Of a DNA stretch of 64,000 nucleotides, positions 17,756 to 25,509 are shown piece by piece. The position numbers and the translations under genes were made by a program. Each line of letters begins with the position of its first letter. Position 1 is the first letter of the stretch. Under the pieces are notes generated by a model, which saw only the letters and a program-made list of their open reading frames with translations, was not told the DNA's origin and made no database searches. Origin of the DNA: an uncultured Eubacterium sp. (GTDB lineage: Bacteria > Bacillota > Clostridia > Oscillospirales > CAG-272); the NCBI GenBank assembly GCA_900544285.1, contig UQUT01000001.1, positions 69,031 through 133,030 of the forward strand. The letters are read 5' to 3'.

Positions 17756-19327
17756 TCAGTGACATCTTTTACACGGCGTATATCCCATACTTTGAGCTTC
17801 TTCGAGTGTCACCTGACGGGGATTTTTCATATTACTACAGCTTGAATAGCTATGATATTTTGAGCCAGAAGAAGGTATCCATACCATTTCCGTTACTTCA
17901 TCGTCCGGCTCGGGTTCTGTATAGAGGGGCGGATCTTCTTCCGGCACGACGGTACTGGAAGGTGGGTTGACTGTTTCTGGCTCACTTGGAGTGGTTGGCA
18001 CGGTTTCTGAGCTTTCAGGCTCATCAGACTTATCCTCTCCATATATGCCCAACTCACCGATATTTAAGGTTTCAACGCTCACCTTGTCATTATAACAATT
18101 TATCTTGAATGAAGCGTCTGTATCGTTTGTAATATTCAAATCCACCGAACCGTTAACAGAATCCGAGTCTGCACTACAGAAATTAAGTGTATATTTCCCT
18201 GATTTAATTCTGTACTCAAATTCACCATCTTCTCCGTGCTTCAATGTTTCTGTATGACCGTCAATTTCCATTTTAACATCATAAGTGCTGAATATTAGAT
18301 TTGGGACAAAATCAATTTCAATTTTGAGAGTATATTTTTCATATGGTTTATGTGTAACAATCTTCACCTCAGCGTTAGGAGGAAAAGTTGCATTTTTATC
18401 AAAAGTTTCTGTTCCGTTAATGGAAATAAGGTTTTCAAAGGTGGATTCTGTTATATCTGGATCAAGGTCAAACGCTTCATCTGTCATTATTTCCATAAAT
18501 CCCGCTTCATCAAATGCCTCGATAATCAATTCTGTATCCATACTCTTGGCCTCATCAGAAGAAAACGGAACGCCAATATTCTTAAATGAATGATATGTAA
18601 TGACTATTTTCGATGAATTCTTAAACTCAACATTTCCTTCAAAGTCAGATACACCATTAATCGAAACAGATTCAACAATACCATCCCTATCCGCTTCTGA
18701 GATTTCTAAATCTTCAATTACTCCCAAAGAAATATTAGTAAAGCCAGACCGCCGAAAATCGTCCTTTACTATTTCGTATTCTTTTCCTATGCACTCTTTC
18801 GCACTATACGGAGTATCAACATTAAAAAAGTTCTCATAGGTTGGAATGTTTGTAGGAGACTTATTAAGCCAAGAATAACTCGAGATATACGGCACTACAA
18901 GCACTATGGATACGGCAAGAATCAAATATTTTAGCCAAGCTTCATTATACTTAATTTTTCCTTTATGTAAAAGCAAAGCTACAACCAACCCGCATAGTTG
19001 CAGTACAGAAAAAATGATTGGAGGAACCTTTCCATTACCTAATGCAATTAATAAAAGAAACGCAGATACGGATATCGCAATGGTCTCAATTTTGCAGAAT
19101 AGATCTATTTTGTTCCAATAATCTGTAAATTTCCCCTTCGCTTTATTAGCAATAGATGGCTTTCGAGCCAAAGGGGTAGATGTAATCTGAGGCGCACTTT
19201 CTTTTTTATCCGGTTCTCCCTTATATTTTGCAGATGAAACGAACGTTTCCGTTTCAACTTTCATCCCGCAAAATGGGCAAAAGTTAGAATCCTTTTTAAG
19301 TTCAGCACCGCATTTAGAGCATTTCAT
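17756..19327 (-). CDS. Membrane protein: N-terminal zinc ribbon, TM helices, large extracytoplasmic region, C-terminal Ada-type Zn-binding (DNA-binding-like) motif
   Basis: N-terminal MKCSKCGAELKKDSNFCPFCG and about 3 TM helices. C-terminal KYHSYSSCSNMKNPRQVTLEEAQSMGYTPCKRCH resembles the Ada N-terminal Cys4 motif (..C.PSC.......A...G[FY].PC..C). Confidence 0.6.
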   Translation of the reverse strand: MKCSKCGAELKKDSNFCPFCGMKVETETFVSSAKYKGEPDKKESAPQITSTPLARKPSIANKAKGKFTDYWNKIDLFCKIETIAISVSAFLLLIALGNGKVPPIIFSVLQLCGLVVALLLHKGKIKYNEAWLKYLILAVSIVLVVPYISSYSWLNKSPTNIPTYENFFNVDTPYSAKECIGKEYEIVKDDFRRSGFTNISLGVIEDLEISEADRDGIVESVSINGVSDFEGNVEFKNSSKIVITYHSFKNIGVPFSSDEAKSMDTELIIEAFDEAGFMEIMTDEAFDLDPDITESTFENLISINGTETFDKNATFPPNAEVKIVTHKPYEKYTLKIEIDFVPNLIFSTYDVKMEIDGHTETLKHGEDGEFEYRIKSGKYTLNFCSADSDSVNGSVDLNITNDTDASFKINCYNDKVSVETLNIGELGIYGEDKSDEPESSETVPTTPSEPETVNPPSSTVVPEEDPPLYTEPEPDDEVTEMVWIPSSGSKYHSYSSCSNMKNPRQVTLEEAQSMGYTPCKRCH

Positions 19328-19588
19328 TTGCTATCCCTCCTTTTACACTCTCAGTTTTGTTCTGTTGGCGCAACAGGCGGTATAAGTATTTAACCATTAT
19401 AAACATCCTTTCTCTTTGTATTATTATGTTCTTCAAAATCTGAAGGCACACCACAATTCGCATAGAATCTGGCACCGCCTTGAATTTGATCTCCACAGTT
19501 TGAACCGAATGCTACTATAGCTCACCATCTCTCCTTTATATTTCTGAATTCGCCAAGATTGTTTCATCGTTCTTGACTTATTTTTTGC

Positions 19589-20629
19589 TTATGGGTGGCA
19601 GTTACCGCAGGGATCATAGCCTCGAGCAATTACATCGTCTCGGCTTCCTGTAAAATATTCCTTATTGCTCTCTTTCATTCGGCCTACCGATGAGCAGGAA
19701 GGATAGTGGAATTTCTTTGTGTTTTTATTAAGAATATACGTGGTTTCCTGCTTGTTTTCTTCCGGTTGCTGATTTACAGTCGGTTGTTCTTCATTTGGCA
19801 CTTCTTTCGATCCGCCTATATAAGAACTTTCGCCTGTCGCATAGTCTATTGAGATCTGCGGCTGCGCATTGTAAACAAAGACATTGAAACAAATACCGTC
19901 GCCATCATCTTCAACAGAATACGCTTCCATTTGAACCCCGTTGGCGACAAGGTTTTTCCCGTCGTAGATAGGAGTAACCCGATAGAGGACGTGGTAATTT
20001 GTTTCCTTTACGAAGTCGGCAACCATATTCTCGAATGGCAGCATACCATCAACATTCATATACCGAGTACCTGTTATCAGATTCTTCGTATTCGCATTCT
20101 CTCCACTTAGCTGAAAACCGATTAAATGGCAGCGGTTATATAGGTACTTTCCGTCAACGCAATCATATTTAACCGTGTGCCATCCGGTAGGCTTGACCTG
20201 CCCGATACTCCCACGATCTTCGGTTGGCATTAAATCTTGACCAATGCAGGCCATCGCAATTCCACATCTGCCGAGGTTGTCAAGGTCGCTATAATATTCA
20301 TACGATTGCGTCGTATAATCATCATCGCTGAAATACGGCACATTATCGTTGACTGCCACATAGGGCGATCCTGCGAAAGCAGGAATACTCGACAACGAGA
20401 CTGCTTTATTTTCGGTTGGTATAGAGGGCTTTTCAGTAGGCGTTGAATCTGTGCTGACTTCCGGTTCTGAGTCCGGTATTGATTGTTCGCTCTCGGTTGG
20501 TTTCGTCAGCTCAATACTCGACGATGAATCCGATATATCAGAACTTATTTCATCAGGGATTTCACCGCACCCGGAAAAGATAATGCTCACCGCCAGAAGA
20601 AGCGATAAAAGCCACGTCATTTTCTTCAT
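19589..20629 (-). CDS. Secreted lipoprotein DNA/RNA non-specific (DNA-entry, EndA/NucA-type) nuclease with C-terminal Ada-type Zn motif
   Basis: Lipobox LLLAVSIIFSGC. Nuclease core GQVKPTGWH..YNRCHLIGFQLSGENANTKNLITGTRYMN. C-terminal KFHYPSCSSVGRMKESNKEYFTGSRDDVIARGYDPCGNCHP. Confidence 0.8.
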   Translation of the reverse strand: MKKMTWLLSLLLAVSIIFSGCGEIPDEISSDISDSSSSIELTKPTESEQSIPDSEPEVSTDSTPTEKPSIPTENKAVSLSSIPAFAGSPYVAVNDNVPYFSDDDYTTQSYEYYSDLDNLGRCGIAMACIGQDLMPTEDRGSIGQVKPTGWHTVKYDCVDGKYLYNRCHLIGFQLSGENANTKNLITGTRYMNVDGMLPFENMVADFVKETNYHVLYRVTPIYDGKNLVANGVQMEAYSVEDDGDGICFNVFVYNAQPQISIDYATGESSYIGGSKEVPNEEQPTVNQQPEENKQETTYILNKNTKKFHYPSCSSVGRMKESNKEYFTGSRDDVIARGYDPCGNCHP

Positions 20630-21033
20630 TTTTCAAAAATCTCCTTTGTTATTTTTTCGTGCGATTTTCCCGTGAACTCGAATAAAGATACCGATTTGAA
20701 GCCGTTTTGTGTCGGCTCAAAATCGAGCTGATAATCGCTCGGATATTTTCGATTCCACCAATAGACAATAATCCTATCAATTTCATTCAAATGCTCTTTT
20801 ACCGAGAAGTTCTCAATAAAATAATCTGCTTCATCTTTTCCCTCAACGGGGAAATGGTCGAAAAGGGTGTAGCGGATACCCGCCGACGAAATGAGTTTTT
20901 CAGAAAATTTATTTATAAACAGATTGCCGTTAAGAGAAGCCCCTATATCTTCAAGAATTTTCTCGTCACGGCTGAGCCGCCTATGATTGAACAGCATACC
21001 CTTGTTGTCATCTAAAAGAAAAATAACGGTCAT
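20626..21033 (-). CDS. Hypothetical cytoplasmic protein translationally coupled to the nuclease gene
   Basis: ATG at 21033 with GGGAGGTG upstream. The stop overlaps the nuclease ATG (ATGA). No signal peptide. Only a weak DHFR/RibD_C-like N-terminal pattern. Confidence 0.55.
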   Translation of the reverse strand: MTVIFLLDDNKGMLFNHRRLSRDEKILEDIGASLNGNLFINKFSEKLISSAGIRYTLFDHFPVEGKDEADYFIENFSVKEHLNEIDRIIVYWWNRKYPSDYQLDFEPTQNGFKSVSLFEFTGKSHEKITKEIFEK

Positions 21034-21075
21034 TGAAACACCTCCCACGAATAGTGATAATTACGCTATACAGCA

Positions 21076-21122
21076 TAAAAATAAGCAGACCGTCAAAACA
21101 CAAATCGAATCGACGGTCTGCT
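21076..21122 (-). terminator. Intrinsic terminator of the XRE/zinc-ribbon/SPFH operon
   Basis: aagcagaccgtc...gacggtctgctt 12-bp stem followed on the minus strand by atttttat. Confidence 0.75.
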
Positions 21123-21273
21123 TCATATTCAAAACGAAACAAGTGAAAATAGTGTAAGTAGAAATATGATTTTACGGCTCATTTTCTCCTCCATATTTAC
21201 TCAATGTCTCATTTCGCATATGGTTCTTGTATGCAGCGTCGTTCAGGTAATGTCTTGACTGAAACTGTTCCTT

Positions 21274-22674
21274 TTATTCAGGCTGAGGAACAGGAGGAAT
21301 CGGAGGTGCGGGTGGAACCGTACCGAACAACGCTTGCAGTTCGGGAACTGTTTCCGCCACCATCCAATTTGCCATTCCTTGCTTCCAGACAAGACTCTGC
21401 TTTGTAAATGTTCCAGCAACAACCATCTGCGACAAGGTTCCAATATCATACGGGCCAGTTGTCTGCCCGTTTATTGCAATATGGAAAGAGACTGTTGGAA
21501 TTGGAGGAGGAACCATACCTGCCTGCGGTGGCATTGCACCGCTTTGTGGTTGGTTCATTCCATTCATCATATTGTTCATTGTGCCTGCAATATTTTGGCC
21601 AACGGCACCGCCTACTGCCATTCCTGCCATCATAGCAGCAGGATTAAAGCCTGCACCGCCCCCACCTAAATCAACTCCGCCTGCACCGTTAGCGCCCATC
21701 TGCCCCAAAGCGTTAGCACCTGCAACACCAACATCTGTTTGAGCTTCAACTTGGTAAGCAGCAAAATTAGCTGTTTGAGTCGCTTTGTGTTGAGCATAAG
21801 CCCCTTCTTCACGCTGAATACGAAGTGATTCCTCATAGTTGAGAGCTTCAATTCTTTGCTTATCTTCAATATTTTTAATTTGAGCGGCAGCTTGCGCTCT
21901 CGTTGTAGCGGCACTAACCTCTTGGGTTACGCTCATAAGCTGACGATAACCGTCACTTGATTTATCCAAGTCAATAGCCGAAATATCAACGCCGGACACG
22001 TCCACCCCAAAATCTTGGCGTAATCTCTGCGAAAGAGCTTTTTCAACTATATCGTTGATTTCTGCGGTCTTGCGTTCAATCTGAATTACGGGAATATTAT
22101 ACTCGGCAGGGGCATTTGCAACTGTATTTTTCACATTTCTTATAACAGCGTCTTTAATCTGATTTTGAAAATTTGTCAATGTAAATTCTGCAAGCCTATG
22201 CAGTTTGATAAACTCCTGATAATCAGATATTTTGAAGCTGATTGTACCACGAACAGCCGTTGGTACTCCAAAATCCAAGAAACGAGGATCATATACATCA
22301 AAAAATGGAACACCAAACTTCACCTGAATAATGTGCGCAAGATTGATGAAATATACCTCTGCTTGGAACGGGGTTCCGCCTTCAAAAGCTAACCCAACTA
22401 AGCTCGCAAGAACAGGCAGGTTCGCCGTCTTTATCGTTTGGTCAAACGGGCCGACGATGAAATCCTGCATTGTTCCATTTTCTTGTTTATAGACAAAGAC
22501 CGCAACTTCACCGTCTTTGACTCTTAACGATGAACCCCAACGAATAGCATTTTCTCGATTATTGTTTCCTTTTTCTGAACCTACCGGATGCCACTTCCAA
22601 ATCAAATATGACGGCTCATCACAGCGAATTTCATCCATAAATCCGCCTGCTTTGGGTTTATTAAACAATGCCAT
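21274..22674 (-). CDS. SPFH/band-7-like domain protein (YdjI-like) with Gly/Ala/Met-rich linker and C-terminal GYF_2-like domain
   Basis: ATG at 22674 (MALFNKPKAGGFMDEI...) with GGAGG upstream. The N-terminal ~280 aa fit the SPFH 'virion core protein-like' family. C-terminal FHIAINGQTTGPYD......G......VWKQGMANW fits GYF_2. Confidence 0.7.
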   Translation of the reverse strand: MALFNKPKAGGFMDEIRCDEPSYLIWKWHPVGSEKGNNNRENAIRWGSSLRVKDGEVAVFVYKQENGTMQDFIVGPFDQTIKTANLPVLASLVGLAFEGGTPFQAEVYFINLAHIIQVKFGVPFFDVYDPRFLDFGVPTAVRGTISFKISDYQEFIKLHRLAEFTLTNFQNQIKDAVIRNVKNTVANAPAEYNIPVIQIERKTAEINDIVEKALSQRLRQDFGVDVSGVDISAIDLDKSSDGYRQLMSVTQEVSAATTRAQAAAQIKNIEDKQRIEALNYEESLRIQREEGAYAQHKATQTANFAAYQVEAQTDVGVAGANALGQMGANGAGGVDLGGGGAGFNPAAMMAGMAVGGAVGQNIAGTMNNMMNGMNQPQSGAMPPQAGMVPPPIPTVSFHIAINGQTTGPYDIGTLSQMVVAGTFTKQSLVWKQGMANWMVAETVPELQALFGTVPPAPPIPPVPQPE

Positions 22675-22727
22675 AAAAATACCTCCTAAAATTTTTTGAT
22701 TTCTGCTCTCTAACACAAGCCGTACCA

Positions 22728-23582
22728 TCATTTGATTTTTATTTTCAGTTCCTTCATTTTGTCAAAATACATCTTTTGGATTCCGGCAAAAGCAGGATCA
22801 TTAGGGAATACTATTTCTGCCTTTTTATACACCTGTTCCATTTTTGCTACCCACGCATTACTGATTGTTCTGCCAATAGTCGCACCCGTTTCGGCTTGAC
22901 CATTACTATTGATTCGGTTTGTAAATGTGTTTTTAGACAAACTCACATCAATATTGGCAATAGCAAGCATCATAAATTCTAAACAGTCATCAATAGAGTT
23001 AGGAATAGGAAAATTTCTTATCAATGAAAGTTTTTGAACATCTGCCTTATCTGCTGCAAGATAAACGCTTAATGCACCGCCTAATCCCTTTTTTCGAGAT
23101 CCTTCAATCGCCATTAGCTGATCCTTAAATGCCTGAACGGATGATACCGCCGCCCTTCCAGTTATTCTTACGCCACAATCTGGGCAAATAGCTGTTGTCT
23201 CGCTGATAACACTTCCGCAATTCGGGCACTTGAAAATCTTTCCGACAAATTCCTGCTGCCTTTGGGAAGGGTTCGGCTGAGGCGGGGTAGGTGGTGTTTC
23301 TTGTGCGGCCGGGGTAGACGTTGTGCCAACCGGCGCACCACATCCGTGGCAGAATTTTGCGCCCGCATTAAGTTTTGTGCCGCAGTTAGAGCAGAACATA
23401 TATGTACCCTCTTTCTTTGTAGTATCGGATTGATATGAAATGTTCTCATCTTCATTCCCATCATCGGAATCATTATCCGAAATACTTTCGATTTTTGCTT
23501 GAACTTTTCCAATGGTGGATTGAATATCAAACGGTAATGCACCTGAAAGCCCTTTCAAAAGTCCTTTTTTCTCTTTGCTCAT
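22728..23582 (-). CDS. Double zinc-ribbon protein (YdjG-like)
   Basis: MFCSNCGTKLNAGAKFCHGCGAPV and FKCPNCGSVISETTAICPDCG. ATG at 23582 with GAGGTG upstream. Confidence 0.7.
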   Translation of the reverse strand: MSKEKKGLLKGLSGALPFDIQSTIGKVQAKIESISDNDSDDGNEDENISYQSDTTKKEGTYMFCSNCGTKLNAGAKFCHGCGAPVGTTSTPAAQETPPTPPQPNPSQRQQEFVGKIFKCPNCGSVISETTAICPDCGVRITGRAAVSSVQAFKDQLMAIEGSRKKGLGGALSVYLAADKADVQKLSLIRNFPIPNSIDDCLEFMMLAIANIDVSLSKNTFTNRINSNGQAETGATIGRTISNAWVAKMEQVYKKAEIVFPNDPAFAGIQKMYFDKMKELKIKIK

Positions 23583-23643
23583 AATTTTCACCTCAAAAAT
23601 TTGTTATCCTCTATCGCTTTGCTTGTCTGAAAAGGAACGGTTT

Positions 23644-23940
23644 TTATTCAGCCTTACCAGTATTGATTTCTCCAACAAGGTAAGCGTTTAATTCATCTGC
23701 CGAAATCTCATAGAATTTCAAAAGAGGCTTTGTTTCTGGATTTTTTGAAAATACTAAGAAACAAGCAAGAAAGGTACTCCACGACATCTTTCGTTTTCTG
23801 TTTTCTACGGCAACTAATGTCTGCCTACTAACACCGATAATCTCTGCTAACTTTGCTTGTGAAAGTGAAGCTTTCGCTCGCAAGGTAGCTAAATTCTGTG
23901 TCATATTATCAATCAAGTTCTCTTTTACAGCTTCATTCAT
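23644..23940 (-). CDS. XRE-family HTH protein
   Basis: LATLRAKASLSQAKLAEIIGVSRQTLVAVENRKR HTH. AGGAGG lies 8 nt before ATG 23940. Its promoter lies inside the inverted-repeat-bounded segment. Confidence 0.8.
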   Translation of the reverse strand: MNEAVKENLIDNMTQNLATLRAKASLSQAKLAEIIGVSRQTLVAVENRKRKMSWSTFLACFLVFSKNPETKPLLKFYEISADELNAYLVGEINTGKAE

Positions 23941-23967
23941 AGACCAACCCTCCTACGTAAAATAGGA

Positions 23968-23987
23968 TTTTCGTGAAGTATGCTACT
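23968..23987. repeat. Left arm of perfect 20-bp inverted repeat (IR-L)
   Basis: ttttcgtgaagtatgctact, whose exact reverse complement is at 25401-25420. Confidence 0.95.
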
Positions 23988-24023
23988 TGACGGGAGAATA
24001 CTCCGACACAAATAGACACTATA

Positions 24024-24052
24024 ATTATACTTATTGTTGTCGGATTTGTCAA
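24024..24052 (-). promoter_or_regulatory. Perfect consensus sigma-A promoter inside the IR-bounded segment, firing outward across IR-L
   Basis: Minus strand reads TTGACA (24052-24047), 17-nt spacer aatccgacaacaataag, TATAAT (24029-24024). It reads through IR-L into the XRE gene (ATG 23940). Confidence 0.8.
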
Positions 24053-24198
24053 TATGACGCACGAAAATTCCGGTTTTTTTCGGATTTTCTTTATCAGACG
24101 GTCGAAAAAGCAGGTCTTTTCTCCCCTAAAAGCTCTCAAACACGGGTTTATCGCCGTCAGAATTTCCGTCAGCATTACATAGAAAGGAGGCATTTCTT

Positions 24199-25329
24199 AT
24201 GTCAAAAAAAGGTGAAAACATTTATAAGCGAAAGGACGGAAGATGGGAAGGTCGGTATATCAAGCTCTATGACGCTGACGGAAAAGCAAAATACGGTTAT
24301 CTCTATGGGAAAACCTACGGTGAAACCAAAACCAAGCTGCAAGAAAAACAAGCGCAGATCTGCCGGGGGCAGCTTCCCCAAGTATCAAAAATCGCTTTGT
24401 ATTCGGATATACTTACGGCTTGGCTTCAATCCACCCGTATCAATGTAAAGGAATCTACCTACGTTCGGTATAAGCAGCTTATCGACCGCCACATTATCCC
24501 GCCTTTGGGGAAATACGTTGTCGGCAAAATCAGTACGCAGTTGATTGAAAAGTTTGTAGAGGAAAAGATAAAAAGCGGTCGTTTGGACGGGAAAGGCGGC
24601 CTGTCGCCTAAGACGGTAACGGATATTATCACGATTGTAAAAAGTTCAATGGAATATGCTTCTTATAATGGGTTCCCGGTGGCCTGCAATCTGAGTAAGC
24701 TGTCTGTAAAAAAGAAAGAAAAAGAGATGAGGGTTTTGTCGGCACAAGAACAGAAGCAGCTAACCTCAACCCTCCTTGAAGAAACGGATCTTTGTAAATT
24801 GGGGGTGCTTCTCAGCCTATATACCGGGATACGGATTGGGGAACTCTGCGCTTTACGATGGGAGAATCTGAACCCCAACGACAAAACCCTTCGGGTGCGG
24901 GAAACAATGCAGCGTATTCAAAGCTCTGAGCCGAGCGAACGGTCTAAGACTAAAATCGTGATAACCGAGCCGAAAAGCAAATGCTCGATTCGGGATATTC
25001 CACTGCCCGATTTTCTGCTTCAAATCATACGCCAGTTTCAAGGAACGCCGAAGGCTTTTATCTTAACCGGGGAAAGAAACAGGTATATCGAACCCCGTAC
25101 AATGCAAAACCGCTTTCAGCGCTATGTCCGGGAAAGTGGAATAAAAGAAGCAAATTATCACGCCCTCCGTCACACCTTCGCCACAAGGTGCGTGGAGGTC
25201 GGATTTGAAATAAAGAGTCTGAGCGAAATTCTCGGTCACGCCAATGTCAATATTACACTCAATCGCTATGTTCACTCTTCCTTTGATCTCAAAACGCAGA
25301 ATATGAATAAGCTCGCTATCGTTGCTTAA
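24199..25329 (+). CDS. Tyrosine site-specific recombinase / integrase (Tn916-Int-like, AP2-type arm-binding N-terminus)
   Basis: N-terminal IYKRKDGRWEGRY. Catalytic pattern GIRIGELCALRW ... HALRHTFATRC ... LGHANVNITLNRYVH. AAAGGAGG lies upstream of the ATG. Confidence 0.9.
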   Translation: MSKKGENIYKRKDGRWEGRYIKLYDADGKAKYGYLYGKTYGETKTKLQEKQAQICRGQLPQVSKIALYSDILTAWLQSTRINVKESTYVRYKQLIDRHIIPPLGKYVVGKISTQLIEKFVEEKIKSGRLDGKGGLSPKTVTDIITIVKSSMEYASYNGFPVACNLSKLSVKKKEKEMRVLSAQEQKQLTSTLLEETDLCKLGVLLSLYTGIRIGELCALRWENLNPNDKTLRVRETMQRIQSSEPSERSKTKIVITEPKSKCSIRDIPLPDFLLQIIRQFQGTPKAFILTGERNRYIEPRTMQNRFQRYVRESGIKEANYHALRHTFATRCVEVGFEIKSLSEILGHANVNITLNRYVHSSFDLKTQNMNKLAIVA

Positions 25330-25351
25330 CGCCGTCAAAATTGTAGTCAGT

Positions 25352-25399
25352 AATCCCCGAGAATGCCTGTATTGCAGGGATTTCCGGGGATTTTACTTT
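25352..25399 (+). terminator. Intrinsic terminator of the recombinase gene (inside the IR-bounded segment)
   Basis: aatccccg...cggggatt stem with an inner cctg/cagg pairing, followed by ttttacttt. Confidence 0.6.
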
Positions 25400-25400
25400 G

Positions 25401-25420
25401 AGTAGCATACTTCACGAAAA
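25401..25420. repeat. Right arm of perfect 20-bp inverted repeat (IR-R)
   Basis: agtagcatacttcacgaaaa is the reverse complement of 23968-23987. Confidence 0.95.
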
Positions 25421-25473
25421 CAACAAGTGCTTTTTCTCCCTTTAATTTGGGTTGATTTTTTCAATATGTAAGC

Positions 25474-25507
25474 AAGACGCCGCCTTAACAGGCAGCGTCT
25501 TTTTTGT
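25474..25507 (+). terminator. Plus-strand intrinsic terminator just outside IR-R
   Basis: aagacgccgcc-ttaaca-ggcagcgtctt stem followed by ttttgtgtt. It abuts the 3' end of the converging CHAP gene. Confidence 0.7.
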
Positions 25508-25509
25508 GT

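Noticed and set aside
19390-19528. Small zinc-ribbon-like reading (AFGSNCGDQIQGGARFYANCGVP...) between the nuclease gene and the membrane-protein gene
   Set aside because: The zinc-ribbon frame has no start codon. The only ATG with an adjacent GGAG is in another frame and would need a frameshift. It may be a decayed fragment and is too uncertain to annotate.
24199-25329. Reading the tyrosine recombinase as the integrase of the adjacent conjugative element, with att sites right next to it
   Set aside because: The only repeats flanking it are inverted, not direct. It is transcribed away from the nearest possible element end, and no copy of the flanking sequence is found near 63.5-64.0 kb. The possibility is kept open in the findings but not asserted.
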